Shown one piece after another: positions 21,613 through 35,900 of a stretch of DNA of 64,000 bases. The first letter of the stretch is position 1, and every line of letters starts with the position of its first letter. The notes beneath the pieces were generated by a model. The model was not told where the DNA came from. It did no database searches and saw only the letters and a list, made by a program, of their open reading frames with translations. Position numbers and translations under genes: made by a program. Source of the stretch: Schmidtea polychroa (Eukaryota); assembly GCA_044892525.1 (NCBI GenBank), contig CM097885.1, forward strand, positions 237,834,001-237,898,000, in the 5' to 3' direction.

Positions 21613-22560
21613 CCATTATCAACACACGCAAAAATCATGCAATTCGGTATAGGCTCAAAAATGATGAAGATTTGTTGTTTCTTGATGAAACCGGGTTGAA
21701 TCTCCATTGTACAAGAAATTATGGCTACAGTCCGAAGAACACGCCGGCAAGAATAGTCGTTCCAACAGCAAGAGGGAAAAACACCTCAATTATAGCGCTA
21801 ATTTCGAGAAATGCGATTTTACATAAAAAAATAATACAAGGTGCTTATAATTCTTCACTGATGGTTGATTTTTTGCGGGAATGTATTGCACTGGGTGTTA
21901 TTAAATCATATCACGTGGTATTAATGGATAATGTAAGGTTTCATAAAACCGAGCTCGTTTCGACTTTTTTCGACAAAATGGTGTGTCATTTGACTATATT
22001 CCACCTTACAGTCCAGAGCTCAATCCGATTGAGGAAATATTTAGCGTTATGAAGAATAGGTTTTACGAAAAGAGACCACGAGCAACCAACGCAAATACTT
22101 TGAAGTTTTATGTTGAAGCAGTTATCGATGAAATGAATAATGATCTTGATTTTAGTGCATTTTATATGAATATGCGATCCTATATGAATAGGGCTTTTAG
22201 TGGAACGGCTTTTTAATGAATGAATGAATCAATCAATTAAATGGATACTGTTAGTTGTAGTACTTTTCTATATTATTCGAAACAGTTTTTGTAAAGAGGC
22301 TTATATATAATATATTTAAGTCAGCGGCATAGATATAAGTAACATTTTAGAAATATAACAATTGAACGCCCATGTCAATTAAGATTGTATATATAAAGAA
22401 TATTTTGGTCGTTAATTTTTAATGATGTGTCTATGAACATTAAATTTTTGTTTATAAATATTAATATATTTGTTTATAAATGTTAATATTTTTGTCTATA
22501 ATAATTAATATTTTTGTCTATAAATATTAATATTTTTGTCTATAATAATTAATAAGTCTG
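21613..22560 (+). mobile_element. 5'-truncated IS630/Tc1-type DNA transposon (DDE transposase remnant 21616-22216, frameshifted)
   Basis: LFLDETG..YGYS, LMDNVRFHK, IPPYSPELNPIEEIFS; probable end CTG|TA at 22560. Confidence 0.85.
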
Positions 22561-22780
22561 TAACATATTTTATTTATGCGATGATGAATATTTGTTTATA
22601 TAATGACACATATAATTTCTAACAAACTCAATTTGAATATTGGAATAATTTATTATTAATACAAGTTGTTATTTTCTAAAATTATGAAAATTAATAGATT
22701 ATCTCATTTTTTATATAATTTTATTTAATATCGTTAATTAATTAATAATTAATTTAATGTAGTCATTATTTAATTTTAGA

Positions 22781-23680
22781 ATGTCTAAAAAAATTGTTGA
22801 AAATCCTACAACTTTTGGAGTTTTAGAAGATCTTTATAAATTATATACAAAAAAACTTCTTCCTTTAGAGAAAACATATAATTTTGACTATTTTCATTCT
22901 TCGATTATGGATGAAGCAGACTTTTCAGCAAAACCATTAGTGTTACTAATTGGCCAATACTCTACAGGCAAAACCACATTTATAAGATATTTACTCGAAG
23001 AGGATTTCCCGGGTATTAGAATTGGACCAGAGCCTACAACAGATCGCTTCGTAGTTATAATGCATAGTGAACAAGGCACCAGTACCGTAATTCCCGGTCA
23101 AGCAGCGGTTACTGATGCTAAATTGCCTTTTAAAGGATTAAATAAATTTGGAAATTCGTTTCTTAATAGATTTCAATGTTCCATGTTGCCAAACGATGTT
23201 TTAAAAAGTATAACATTAATTGATACACCAGGGATTTTAAGTGGTGAAAAACAGAGAGTTGACCGAGGATATGATTACACACAAGTTATTGATTGGTTTG
23301 CTCAACGAGTTGATCGCATTATTTTATTATTTGATGCTCATAAGTTGGATATTTCCGACGAGTTCAAGCGTACTATCGATGTTTTAAAAAGTTATGATAA
23401 TAAAATTCGAATTATTCTCAACAAAGCCGATATGATAAATTCTCAACAATTGATGAAAGTTTACGGAGCCTTATTGTGGAGTCTTGGAAAGGTTTTAAAT
23501 ACACCGGAAGTTCCTCGAGTTTTTATGGGTTCATTTTGGGACCAACCATTGCAATTTGATGACAGTCGAAAATTATTTCAATTAGAAGAAGAAGAACTAA
23601 TGAATGATTTGAAAAATTTGCCATTGAATGCAGCAATCAGAAAAATAAATGATTTAATTAGACGCGCAAGATTGGCCAAG
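22781..23680 (+). CDS. EHD: EH domain-containing protein (EHD1/RME-1/Past1 family), exon 1
   Basis: GQYSTGKTTFI P-loop, IGPEPTTD, IDTPGILSGEKQR, LFDAHKLDISDEF; ends RARLAK|GT. Confidence 0.97.
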
Positions 23681-23949
23681 GTTAATTGGAATTTTTTCTT
23701 GATTATGAACATTTTTTATAATTTTTGCATAAATTTTAATTATTGCTGATACACAATTATCTTATTAGAATAAAAACTGTCTCGCTCTTGTTCTCGGTAA
23801 ATGTTCTCTCATATTACATTGTATTGGCTATATTTGCAATATAATACAAAAAAACCGTAATGTAATTCTCAATAGTTTTGTATTACCAAATCAATTTTTA
23901 AAACGTCTTACAGTTTAAGTGAATCAAATATAAAAAGTCATGCAGTGTA

Positions 23950-24575
23950 GGGTTAATTAATAATTAATTATTTAGTAATTAATATTGATTTATTTCAATT
24001 AATTAGTAATTCAAATCAAATAATTTGATCTAATTAGTAATTAGTAATTTAGTAATTAACATTAATTAATTTCAATAAATTAATAATTAAAATCAAATAA
24101 TTGGATTTAATTAATAATTAATTATTTAGTATTTAAAATGAATTAATTTCAATCCATTAGTAATTAATATTAATTAATTTAAAATTATTTGATTTAATTA
24201 ATATTTAGTTATTTAGTAATTAACATTAATTAATTTCAATTAATTAGTAATTAAAATCAAATAATTTGATTTAATTAGTAATTTGTAATTTAGTAATTAA
24301 CATTAAATAATTCCAATTAATTAATAATAAAAATAAAATAATTGGATTTAATTAATAATAATAATTAATATATAAAATGAATTAATTTCAATTCATTAGT
24401 AATTAATATTAATTAATTTAAAATTATTTGATTTAATTAATATTTAGTAATTAACATTAATTAATTTCAATTAATTAATAATTAATAATTTATTATTTGA
24501 TATTGATTCATTTCAATTCATTAGTAATTAATTATTTAGCATTAATTAATTTCAATTAATTTAAAATTATTTAAT
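23950..24575. repeat. AT-rich minisatellite / low-complexity repeat
   Basis: Recurrent TTAGTAATTAA / AATTAATTTCAAT units. Confidence 0.75.
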
Positions 24576-24799
24576 TGTACAGTATTTGTTCGAGTGAACC
24601 TTTTAATTGATACTTATTTTAAAAGTAATTTAAAAGAGAAAATGTTTGAATGTAAAGTTTTTTGTGCATATGATACTTTTTTGGAGCATAGGTTCTATAA
24701 AAGAAATATTTTTTAATAAAAGAAATTATCACTAAAAAGCCAAAAAATAAATTTTCAATAATAATAATAATTAATAATACTGATAGTATAAAATGATTA

Positions 24800-24868
24800 A
24801 TTATTATTATTTATTATTATTATTATTATTATTAATATTATTATTATTATTATTATTTATAATTATTA

Positions 24869-24921
<53 letters not shown>

Positions 24922-24961
24922 AAATATTTTATGTGAGAAGAATTATTATTATTTTAAAGTT

Positions 24962-25020
<59 letters not shown>
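24800..25020. repeat. (TTA)n then (TAA)n microsatellites in inverted arrangement
   Basis: Direct inspection. Confidence 0.9.
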
Positions 25021-25021
<1 letters not shown>

Positions 25022-25412
25022 TGTAAAGAAATTATTTATTATTTATTTAATTCTTTGTTATATTTAATTTGTATATTTATATTTTGCAATGCGTAAAATT
25101 CTAATCTCTTACAAGAAAACAATTATCTTATTAATATGATTAATAAAATAGCTGATTTCTCTATACTCGATTGCCTTTTATTTGTAAAGGTTATATTTAT
25201 GTGTAGTCTACGGAAATTATAGGCAATCAAAGCAGACTTGTCTTGCCTTAACTTTATCAATAAATAATTAATCTTAGAAACAGTATTACACTGAATTGCA
25301 ATTGATAAAAATAGTATATAATATAAAAAAATAATCAATAAATTATATTATAAAATATACACAAATTCACAAGTGAGCTAAAAAAGTGTCATCAATTACA
25401 TCTGCTAATTTA

Positions 25413-28400
25413 CAGGGTATTTCTGTATTATATATTTATATTTCAACATTATATATTTTGATGCGAATTTAAAAATGATTATTAGAAAAATAATGGAAGA
25501 ATCAACTATTTTAATTCCGAACACACCTCAACGTAAAACACGAACCCCTGTCAACCTAGAAAAAATCAATACAATAAATCGACTCAAGCAATCAGGTCAA
25601 TGCAACAAAATTTATCGCCGAAACATTAAATTATTAAGTATATCAACAGTTACTAAATTATTAAATAAAATCCACTGTGTTGTAACGAAAAAAATCTAGA
25701 ACTAAATACTATTCTTAAAAAGAGCTGTCCAAAACCTACTGGTTTAGATTCGCCTGTGAATATGGTTCTGACTGAAATAATAAGTAGATGGATTGGTCAC
25801 CGCTAGATCAGGTCACCGCTAGATCACCTACCCCCCCCCACCCCCCCCCCCCCGGCAGGAAAAATTTTTTTTAAGATTTTTTTTTTCAAGGTCAAATTTT
25901 TAACAAAGACAATGACTCATCAAGGTCATTGAAACAAAGAACTTTTTTTTTTGTTTTAATTATCGTGATCTAGCGGTGACCTACCTTTTGACTTCCCAGA
26001 ACTTTTTGAGTTTTCAAAATTATTTAAATATTTATACATCATTTTGAAGGCCAGACGAAAATCTATCTTTTAAGCCATAGAAATAATTTTTATCATCAGT
26101 GGTACAAAAGTTATTAATTTTTTAGTCAGACACTAATTTGGTTAAAATTATTATTATTTTTCAAAAATATTATTAAGTGATCTAGCGGTGACCTACCTTT
26201 TGACTTCCCAGAACTTTTTCAATTTTCAAAATTATTTAAATATTTATACATTATTTTGAAGGCCAGACGAAAATCTATCTTTTAAGCCATAGAAATAATT
26301 TTTATCATTAGTGGTACAAAAGTTATTAATTTTTTAGTCAGACACTAATTTGGTTAAAATTATTATTACCCTTTATTCAACCGATTTAATTTCTAGAAAT
26401 CTAATTAAAATCATAAAATTCCTTCAATAAAGATTAATTTTCTTTAGCTGTTGTCGATTTCCAACTTTTAAGACAATATTTCTCAAGTTTTGTCACAGAT
26501 ATCCCCACAATGAATAAAATAACTTCTTAAATAAAATAATTTAAAGCAATAACCTTTGATATCAATCCCAATTAATTCTAAAGATTTCAAATATTTCATT
26601 GTCAAAACCAAGTAAATTGATCATTAACCCTAAACGACTTAATAAAACAGTGGATAATTAATAAAAACTGGTTCTAAAACATAAATCTAAATTACTGTGC
26701 CATAACATTCATCACAACCTAATAAACCTCTAAAACGATATAAATTCACAGGAACTATTATTAATTCATAGCTAAATACTGAATATGTCCCTTTGATATT
26801 TTACCAATAAGAACATTATCGATTTAAATAGAGATTTCAAACATTTCCGCCTTAACCGATCCCTCACTAAATATTTCTACCCCTTTAAATGCCACCTTTA
26901 AAAATCATATATTACCATCTTAACTGAACCTTCACTAAATCCAACCTACTTTAATATATCAATTCTCTTAAAATCCATAGAAAATTCTTCAAAATATGAA
27001 TTTTATTTAATTGTTACAGACATCCTTCCATTGAAATAATTTAGTATCTAAATTCATGTAGTAAGAGCCCACTAAAAGATCAAAATTCACTAAAATCAAT
27101 ATTTTCTACAAATATTTCACCACATTTACCATCAAATACCTAACTAGAGATGAAATATATTGATCATAATTCTTCATCGATTCAGCCAATTATATCAATT
27201 ATATCTTTCAAAATCACAAATTTCAGTATATTTTACAATAATTTTCAAGTAGATTTCAAATATATCATCATGATAAAATTAGCTGGTTTCAACTTTAGAT
27301 TTTCAATATTTAAAAGTTCATCAATATTCGTAGAAAATATATGAAAGAATTATTTTGTCAATATCATTACAAAGTCATCATAAAAATTAAATAATAATCA
27401 CTTGATTATTGTAAAAACTCTAATTATTAACCTAACTGTCATTAAAAATAATTTTTATTTAAAATTAAATTTAAAAACAAGTCAATAAAATATAGCAAAT
27501 TATCAAGAAATTAATTAAATTTGACTTAGAATTAACACTAAAACCTTAAATTTTAAAATATTCTTTCAATTACTCACAAAAGGGTTAGTAATAATGTTAG
27601 TAAAATCCCGCTAACTCTAAAAAATTACCAATGAATTTAATGCTAATTAATAACCTAAAATTTGCCTAAATAAAATCATTAAAACATCCCAGTACCTTTA
27701 CGACCAGTACCCTTACGAGCAGTACCAATTGTGAACAGTACCCATAGAGGGAGAAAATATCTTGTCGGATAAACTCAGAGTATATATAATAAAACGAATT
27801 AACAATAACTCCATCAAATTGAATCAGTCAAATTAACACAAATTTTGATAAAAAATCTTATTCCAAAATGGTAAGAAGCGTAAAGTCGAACGATAATTTT
27901 AATAACACAGAGATAAAATTAACAATATTATATTCATAAAAATTCATAAAAATGATCACTTTAATAAAAAATATTTAAAAAACAATTTTAAAAGAAATAT
28001 TTGCCGGGAGGATATAAGTGATAATTGTATAATTGTAAGTGATAATAATATAAGTGATAGTGGGAAATCGAGAATCGACGGATATAAGTTATGAGGATAT
28101 ATAAATAAGATTATTTCTATTATAGGAGTTACTAACGAATTAAAATATTTTAATAATGTGATAAACTTTTATTTAATAAAGTATTTAATCCCCAAATGAT
28201 TATTTTATTACATAAGAAACCGTGAATGATATTTGACTGAGTAATTATGATAAATTCATATTTTAAATTTTGATTAAATCCTTTAGTATTAGCAATTTAT
28301 TATTAAATTTACTATTTGACACTAAATATTTCATTTTCAAAAACAAATATTCTAAAAGATAATTTAAGATACATTACTCTTTTCAATGAAAAGGAGCACT

Positions 28401-31400
28401 CAAAGTTAAAAGGGACACACGAAAACTTACTCAAATATAACCGAAAGACATAAAACAACAAAACCAAATTCGATTAAATACTTTATAGCAATTGTTAGTT
28501 CTTATAATTTCTAACTTTAATGAAGATTCTTACCACCTGAGAATATAATATTGTTAATTTTATCTCTGTTTTATTAAAATTATCGTTCGACTTTACGCTT
28601 CTTACCATTTTGGAATAAGATTTTTTATCAAAATTTGTGTTAATTTGACTGATTCAATTTGATGGAGTTATTGTTAATTCGTTTTATTATATATACTCTG
28701 AGTTTATCCGACAAGATATTTTCTCCCTCTATGGGTACTGTTCACAATTGGTACTGCTCGTAAGGGTACTGGTCGTAAAGGTACTGGGATGTTTTAATGA
28801 TTTTATTTAGGCAAATTTTAGGTTATTAATTAGCATTAAATTCATTGGTAATTTTTTAGAGTTAGCGGGATTTTACTAACATTATTACTAACCCTTTTGT
28901 GAGTAATTGAAAGAATATTTTAAAATTTAAGGTTTTAGTGTTAATTCTAAGTCAAATTTAATTAATTTCTTGATAATTTGCTATATTTTATTGACTTGTT
29001 TTTAAATTTAATTTTAAATAAAAATTATTTTTAATGACAGTTAGGTTAATAATTAGAGTTTTTACAATAATCAAGTGATTATTATTTAATTTTTATGATG
29101 ACTTTGTAATGATATTGACAAAATAATTCTTTCATATATTTTCTACGAATATTGATGAACTTTTAAATATTGAAAATCTAAAGTTGAAACCAGCTAATTT
29201 TATCATGATGATATATTTGAAATCTACTTGAAAATTATTGTAAAATATACTGAAATTTGTGATTTTGAAAGATATAATTGATATAATTGGCTGAATCGAT
29301 GAAGAATTATGATCAATATATTTCATCTCTAGTTAGGTATTTGATGGTAAATGTGGTGAAATATTTGTAGAAAATATTGATTTTAGTGAATTTTGATCTT
29401 TTAGTGGGCTCTTACTACATGAATTTAGATACTAAATTATTTCAATGGAAGGATGTCTGTAACAATTAAATAAAATTCATATTTTGAAGAATTTTCTATG
29501 GATTTTAAGAGAATTGATATATTAAAGTAGGTTGGATTTAGTGAAGGTTCAGTTAAGATGGTAATATATGATTTTTAAAGGTGGCATTTAAAGGGGTAGA
29601 AATATTTAGTGAGGGATCGGTTAAGGCGGAAATGTTTGAAATCTCTATTTAAATCGATAATGTTCTTATTGGTAAAATATCAAAGGGACATATTCAGTAT
29701 TTAGCTATGAATTAATAATAGTTCCTGTGAATTTATATCGTTTTAGAGGTTTATTAGGTTGTGATGAATGTTATGGCACAGTAATTTAGATTTATGTTTT
29801 AGAACCAGTTTTTATTAATTATCCACTGTTTTATTAAGTCGTTTAGGGTTAATGATCAATTTACTTGGTTTTGACAATGAAATATTTGAAATCTTTAGAA
29901 TTAATTGGGATTGATATCAAAGGTTATTGCTTTAAATTATTTTATTTAAGAAGTTATTTTATTCATTGTGGGGATATCTGTGACAAAACTTGAGAAATAT
30001 TGTCTTAAAAGTTGGAAATCGAAAAGAAAATTAATCTTTATTGAAGGAATTTTATGATTTTAATTAGATTTCTAGAAATTAAATCGGTTGAATAAAGGGT
30101 AATAATAATTTTAACCAAATTAGTGTCTGACTAAAAAATTAATAACTTTTGTACCACTAATGATAAAAATTATTTCTATGGCTTAAAAGATAGATTTTCG
30201 TCTGGCCTTCAAAATAATGTATAAATATTTAAATAATTTTGAAAATTGAAAAAGTTCTGGGAAGTCAAAAGGTAGGTCACCGCTAGATCACTTAATAATA
30301 TTTTTGAAAAATAATAATAATTTTAACCAAATTAGTGTCTGACTAAAAAATTAATAACTTTTGTACCACTGATGATAAAAATTATTTCTATGGCTTAAAA
30401 GATAGATTTTCGTCTGGCCTTCAAAATGATGTATAAATATTTAAATAATTTTGAAAACTCAAAAAGTTCTGGGAAGTCAAAAGGTAGGTCACCGCTAGAT
30501 CACGATAATTAAAACAAAAAAAAAAGTTCTTTGTTTCAATGACCTTGATGAGTCATTGTCTTTGTTAAAAATTTGACCTTGAAAAAAAAAAATCTTAAAA
30601 AAAATTTTTCCTGCCGGGGGGGGTGGGGGGGGGGTAGGTGATCTAGCGGTGACCTGATCTAGCGGTGACCAATCCATCTACTATAATACAAGCCGATTCT
30701 ACACTCTCCTAGAAGTTGGGAGATTTAAGAATAACTGCATCTACACCTAAATTCTCAAAATGTCTTTAAAGATTATCAATAACAAGAAAACGAATAAAAA
30801 AATCATCATGAACGGTTTCTACTGATGTGATTAACCAACGAAAAGTATATTCAAGAGAAATTCGACTTATTCCCAACTCAAGATTAGTTTTTTTAGACGA
30901 GAGTGAATTTAATCTCCACACAGGTGCTCATTATGGATACTCACTTGTCAATGTTGACTCTTTTCAAATAGTTAATTCATCAAACAGAGGCAGGAATGTT
31001 AGTTTAATAGCATTACAGTCATTATTTCAGTCAGAGCCATATTCACAGGCGAATTTAAACCAGTAGGTTTTGGACAGCTCTTTTTAAGAATAGTATTTAG
31101 TTCTAGATTTTCTTCGTTACAACACAGTGGATTTTATTCAATAATTTAGTAACTGTTGATATACTTAGATTTAATGTTTCGGCGATAAAGTTTGTGCATT
31201 GACCTGATTGCTTAAGTCGATTTATTTTATTGATTTTTTCTAGGTTGACAGGAGTTCGTGTTTTACGTTGAGGTGTGTTCGGAATTAAAATAATTGATTC
31301 TTCCATTATTCTTCTAATAATCGCTTTTAAATTCGCATCAAAATATATAATGTTGAAATATAAATATATAATTTTGAAATATTGAGATAATATTCTGAAA

Positions 31401-31415
31401 TACAGAAATACCCTG
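25413..31415. mobile_element. Non-autonomous IS630/Tc1-type element with two inverted left ends (25413-25782 and ~31022-31415), interrupted by a Polinton-like insert
   Basis: TA|CAGGGTATTTCTGTA...TACAGAAATACCCTG|TA; HTH remnants (ORFs 25475+ and 31103-); DDE remnant VFLDES..YGYS (30827-31020). Confidence 0.85.
25783..30682. mobile_element. Non-autonomous Polinton/Maverick-like foldback element, 4.9 kb, ~2.15 kb near-identical TIRs (25783-27935 / 28541-30682)
   Basis: Termini AGTAGATGG...CCATCTACT; perfect 6 bp TSD ATAATA (25777-25782, 30683-30688); arms differ by few substitutions and short indels. Confidence 0.85.
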
Positions 31416-31849
31416 TATTATAGGATTTCAGAAAGGGTAGAAAAATTAATGAAATATATAAATACACCCGTTTCCACATGTTAAAAGTCTCTATAGTGCA
31501 TGTTGGTGTGTTCATCAATCGATGACTCACCATTTATGAGAATGTTTATTTCATTTTTTCATTCTCAATTCAATTTTATTTATGGTTTTAGAAGTAAGTT
31601 TTTTAAATTTAAGTATATTTTAAGGCTTGAATTTTGATTTCATATAATTATGAGATCATTATTCAAGCTCTTAAATATTACTTGTAATCAGCATTTATAA
31701 TATATTTATAATATATTGATAATTAAATTTCAGGTGCTCTTTTAGGTATTTTATGATATGTTATGAATTTGGAATTATTTCAATAAAATGTAAGTTATAT
31801 ATATTTTTAACTAAAAAGAAATAAAATAATCACCAAAAACATTTATTTT

Positions 31850-32321
31850 TTTAAGAAATAATGGTTCCAATCGATTTTTTGGAGATTCCCAGTAATCTTC
31901 CAAAATCTTTATAATTTTCTCCATTTTCATATGGATTGATGAGACGGATTTTGTCATTTTCTGAAATTCTTTGAAAATATTATTTTTTTTAGTTATTAAA
32001 ATTTACGATTTTCGATTTTTTTTCTTCAATTCCAAAGATGTCGATGGAACTTGTTGAATATCTTCACACAAAGGCGTTTGACTAGAAATATCTGATATGC
32101 TGTAAAATATTTTAATTATTTGTAATTAAATAAAAAAATTCTTACATTGTCAGATCTTCACCTTCGCAAAATGGAAATGTCTCCAAAGAAATATCTGAAA
32201 ATCTAAAGAAATATTAACTTCAAAAATATTTTATAAATAGATCTTACGATGTCTTGTCGTCCATTTCTCAAAAACTCAAAGTTGAGTTGTCAGATTCAAA
32301 ATCCAAATTTTTTTCAGCCAT
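31850..32321 (-). pseudogene. Spliced remnant of a transposase-like HTH gene with three short GT-AG introns
   Basis: ATG at 32321; donors GTAAGA/GTAAGA/GTAAAT; last exon ISENDKIRLINPYENGENYKDFGRLLGISKKSIGTII (HTH-like); early in-frame stop. Confidence 0.45.
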
Positions 32322-33265
32322 GAATTTTAATAATTTTAAATTAATGATATGTTAACAGTATGTTAATGACTCTCTACTTTCGGAACAAAAAAAGCTATAT
32401 TAAATTTGCGTGTATTTTATATTATGTGTCCTGTGTTTGTATGTAAAATTATTTTTCTGTCACTTTCTCAATTCCTATAATAAAACTTTCTACATTCGGA
32501 ACATTAAATTTTTGCACACAGGTAAGTTTGTGTGTTGCTATAATATAATTTTATCGATTTTTTTTTAGATTTTAGAAACTCTTATATTGTGGAAACGGGA
32601 GTACGTTGAGTGAAATTTCTATAATAAATTAAACATACAAACAATAAACCACCTACAGAAGATAAATCCATTTTTAAGAAAATAATTGTTAAAAAATCAT
32701 TTAAACCACGTAAAAATCTATTTTACAAATATTGAGAGTGATTCAATTATTTAATAAATTTAATTTAAAATATGAAATTTCTATAATTTATGAAATCTTG
32801 ACAATAATTTGTTGGCAGTATAACTCACTTTTCTTTGTATACAAATTCTACCAACACACAAAATAAGATTTTTATCAAATGCAACGCAGTGTATCAATCT
32901 AACCATGTAGAATTTTGAGAATTTAAACAAAATTTCGTACTTGTCTGTTAATTCACTCGAATTATGTTTTTCCAATAATTACTATTTCGATATATATTCT
33001 ATTAAATCCACGAATAATAATTATGAAATATTTATTCTTATTTTTTCGCTTAACCTCATAAGTGGATATAACGGATTTATTCTGTGCTTATGATGGTATT
33101 TATCCGCAATTTAGAAATTTTAGTAAATCTCTATGTGAAATTTTCTACTATAAACCAAGTACTCAAAATTCAAATTAAGTGATTTTTAACGATTATGATT
33201 TCTATAACACAATTACTGAATTTCAAAACTATTAAATATTTAAAATAATTCATTTACATTTCCAG

Positions 33266-33547
33266 GTACATGCATACATAATAAGTCATTTAAAACAAAA
33301 TATGCCTTATTTAATTAGAAAAGAAAAGAAAAAACAAGAATTAATCAATAGTTTAGATGAGGTGTTCCATAGATTAGCAACTGTCCATCAAGTATCTGAA
33401 GGAGATTTTCCAAAAGTAAAAAATATGCAAGCACAATTAATCGACACTGATTTTTCACAATTATCATCACTTAAGCAAAGATTAATTGATCAAGTCGACA
33501 ATATGCTTGCGGTTGACATTCCTGCTCTATTACATAAAATACCTCAA
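33266..33547 (+). CDS. EHD: EHD exon 2
   Basis: CAG|VHAYIISHLK..KKKQELI..GDFP..DNMLAVDIPALL..PQ|GTGAGT; 282 nt, phase 0. Confidence 0.95.
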
Positions 33548-34045
33548 GTGAGTAATTTTTTTTTGATTTAATTTGCTTATTAAACTACTAAATGCAAATA
33601 AAACCTAACTGTAATAAATCTGTAATAAAACTGATTTTTAAAAAGTTAATTATAAAATGCTAAGTTGAAGGAAATTATTTCATTATTCATTATTTGACAT
33701 ATGTGACGAGTTCAATAAGTGTCTCATGTTTATTTGTTCCAAAATAAGAAATGAAATTAATTATTTAATGATTTACTTCCTTAGGAGTTACTAAATTTAA
33801 TCAAACCTACAAAATTGTATTTATTAAAAATAGATTGAAGACTATAAATCATTAATATATCGATGTTTTTTAATAAATACAATGGAAAAAAAATCAGTGG
33901 TGAAATTGGAAAAAAAGTTCTTATAAACCTACAAAACACTGGAAAGATTTAGAAACGCTGTAATAGACTATTTTTATCTCAATGCATTCTTTGTCTAATA
34001 ACGCACGCGTCTGAATAATCACTCAGGGACTAGAACGCCTTATAC

Positions 34046-34787
34046 CAGGCATGTCTAACCTCTTAGTCTTCCTGGGCCATATTTTTAAAAATTGATTTGA
34101 TTTGGGCCGCACATAAAATAGGATAACTGGTTGATTACCAAAACAAAAAATGTCAACATTTTTTTAAACTTTATTTATTTATGAATATATAAAAGTTAAA
34201 AACAAGACGACAACATAAAGTTAGTGAGAAATCTGGCTTGGTTTTTGAGAGACTAATGCTTCGATATTTAGTTCGATGGAACTAACTGCAATTCTGAGTG
34301 AGTGAGTTCACAAGGTGCTCATCAGATAATTTACTTCTAGTTTTACTCTTCTCATATGCTTCATTCTCGAAAAGTTACTTCCAAATTGCGATGATGTTTA
34401 TGTCGGCTGCAAATGGAGTCGTAAATATAATAAAATTTTGCTCATTTTTTCGGAAATCTTGAAATCTGCTTTCAAATTCGCATATCAAATCATCAAGCAA
34501 GGCTGCATATTTCATGTTGTCTACAGGGCGGTGCTGATCCAACGTTTTAACATGTATAAAATTATTTGAATTAATTTGAGATTGCCACAGACTCAGTTTT
34601 TTTTCAAACGCTGTCATATTTTGAAACATTTCATTGATCAGTTGATTGTGACTAATTGAAAAATTTGTCGCTTTAAAATAAGTAGCATAAGAAAATTGTA
34701 TTAAAAAGACATTAATGATATTTTAAAAACTCATAAAGTTCAAAAGTTTATTCCAAAGTGTTTTGGGCCGGCGGTAGGACAAGCCTG
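34046..34787 (-). mobile_element. Internally deleted hAT transposon (Charlie/SPIN/GTF2IRD2-like)
   Basis: TIR CAGGCATGTCTAACC vs CAGGCTTGTCCTACC; 8 bp TSD CCTTATAC/CCTTAAAC; AFEKKLSLW..EFESRFQDF..FTTPF. Confidence 0.8.
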
Positions 34788-35399
34788 CCTTAAACAATGT
34801 GTACTTTTATTGGTAAACTCTGGTAAAAATAATTTCAAGTTGTATTTCTTATCCATAATGGAATAATTTGATGGTACTGGAACTTTATAATGTTTAAATA
34901 TTCTCTCGTTCTCTCTCTTTTCCTTTATCTGTCTCAGATTTTTATTTAAAATCGAAACTGCAACATAAAACACTATAAACAAATCAATTATAAATTAAGC
35001 AAATTTATATTTATTATTAGAATTCATTGAACTTTGACAAATTTGAACATTTATATATCAAATTTTAATGAAAATAATATGTAAATGAAAAAATTATGTA
35101 AATAATACATCTTGTATATCAGTAAAATTTTTGATTTTCTTTTTCACATTTGATTGAAAATAAGAATTTTTTCGCTGTGTACGTCAATAATCTAAATACC
35201 TAATTCTCTATGTATATATGTGAATGAGTGATTATGGAATAACGTAAAAGTAAAATCATCAAATAGCAAATTTTATTATAACTTTTAATTTTGATCGACA
35301 ACATGGCATTTTTATTTTAATGTTATCTGAAAATCAACTTTCCTCTATCGAATGATGCATAATTTGTCCAATTTGGACCATTAATTCTTTTTTAATTGT

Positions 35400-35900
35400 T
35401 ATCTACTATATAATAATACCAAAAATATTGTCATTGATTTATTGATTTAAAATAAATCTATGGAGAATTATGTATTTGGATTGATAACACGATTCCATCA
35501 TTTTTTGACGGGTTATAGGTAGTGACAATATATTTACCCATAAAATAACATAGAGAAATGAGTTTCAGGAAAAAGGGATCTGGAACATGTCATAAAAACA
35601 CTGAAGAATATAAACAGTTTTTTGTGAACCCAGTGACATAATCTGTACGGATTTCGCTGAAAAGGGTCTGTAAATTAATACCACCTACTACAGCAGACAT
35701 AATCGGTTAAAGCTACGTATTATCCTTCAATACAACTCCATAATCCACTAAAATGCGAAAACAATGACAGTGATTGAGAAAAATGGATTTCTCTTAGAAA
35801 ACCCTCCTTACAGTCCCGATCTTGCACCCTATTCAGATATATAAAAAAACATTGCGAAATATTTGCAAAATAATGTGAAACTTAATGAAAAATCAAAGAT
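35400..35900 (+). mobile_element. Degenerate mariner transposase fragment
   Basis: LENPPYSPDLAP at ~35795-35830; GSDNIFTH resembles the TGDETW region. Confidence 0.55.

Noticed and set aside
21613..22560. Fanzor/TnpB associated with the IS630/Tc1 element
   Set aside because: No RuvC or zinc-finger ORF is visible near either Tc1-like element
23681..23749. C-terminal extension of the EHD ORF
   Set aside because: Intron read-through; homology resumes at 33266
27150..29326. Two identical 64 aa ORFs
   Set aside because: Consequence of the inverted repeat; no coding signature
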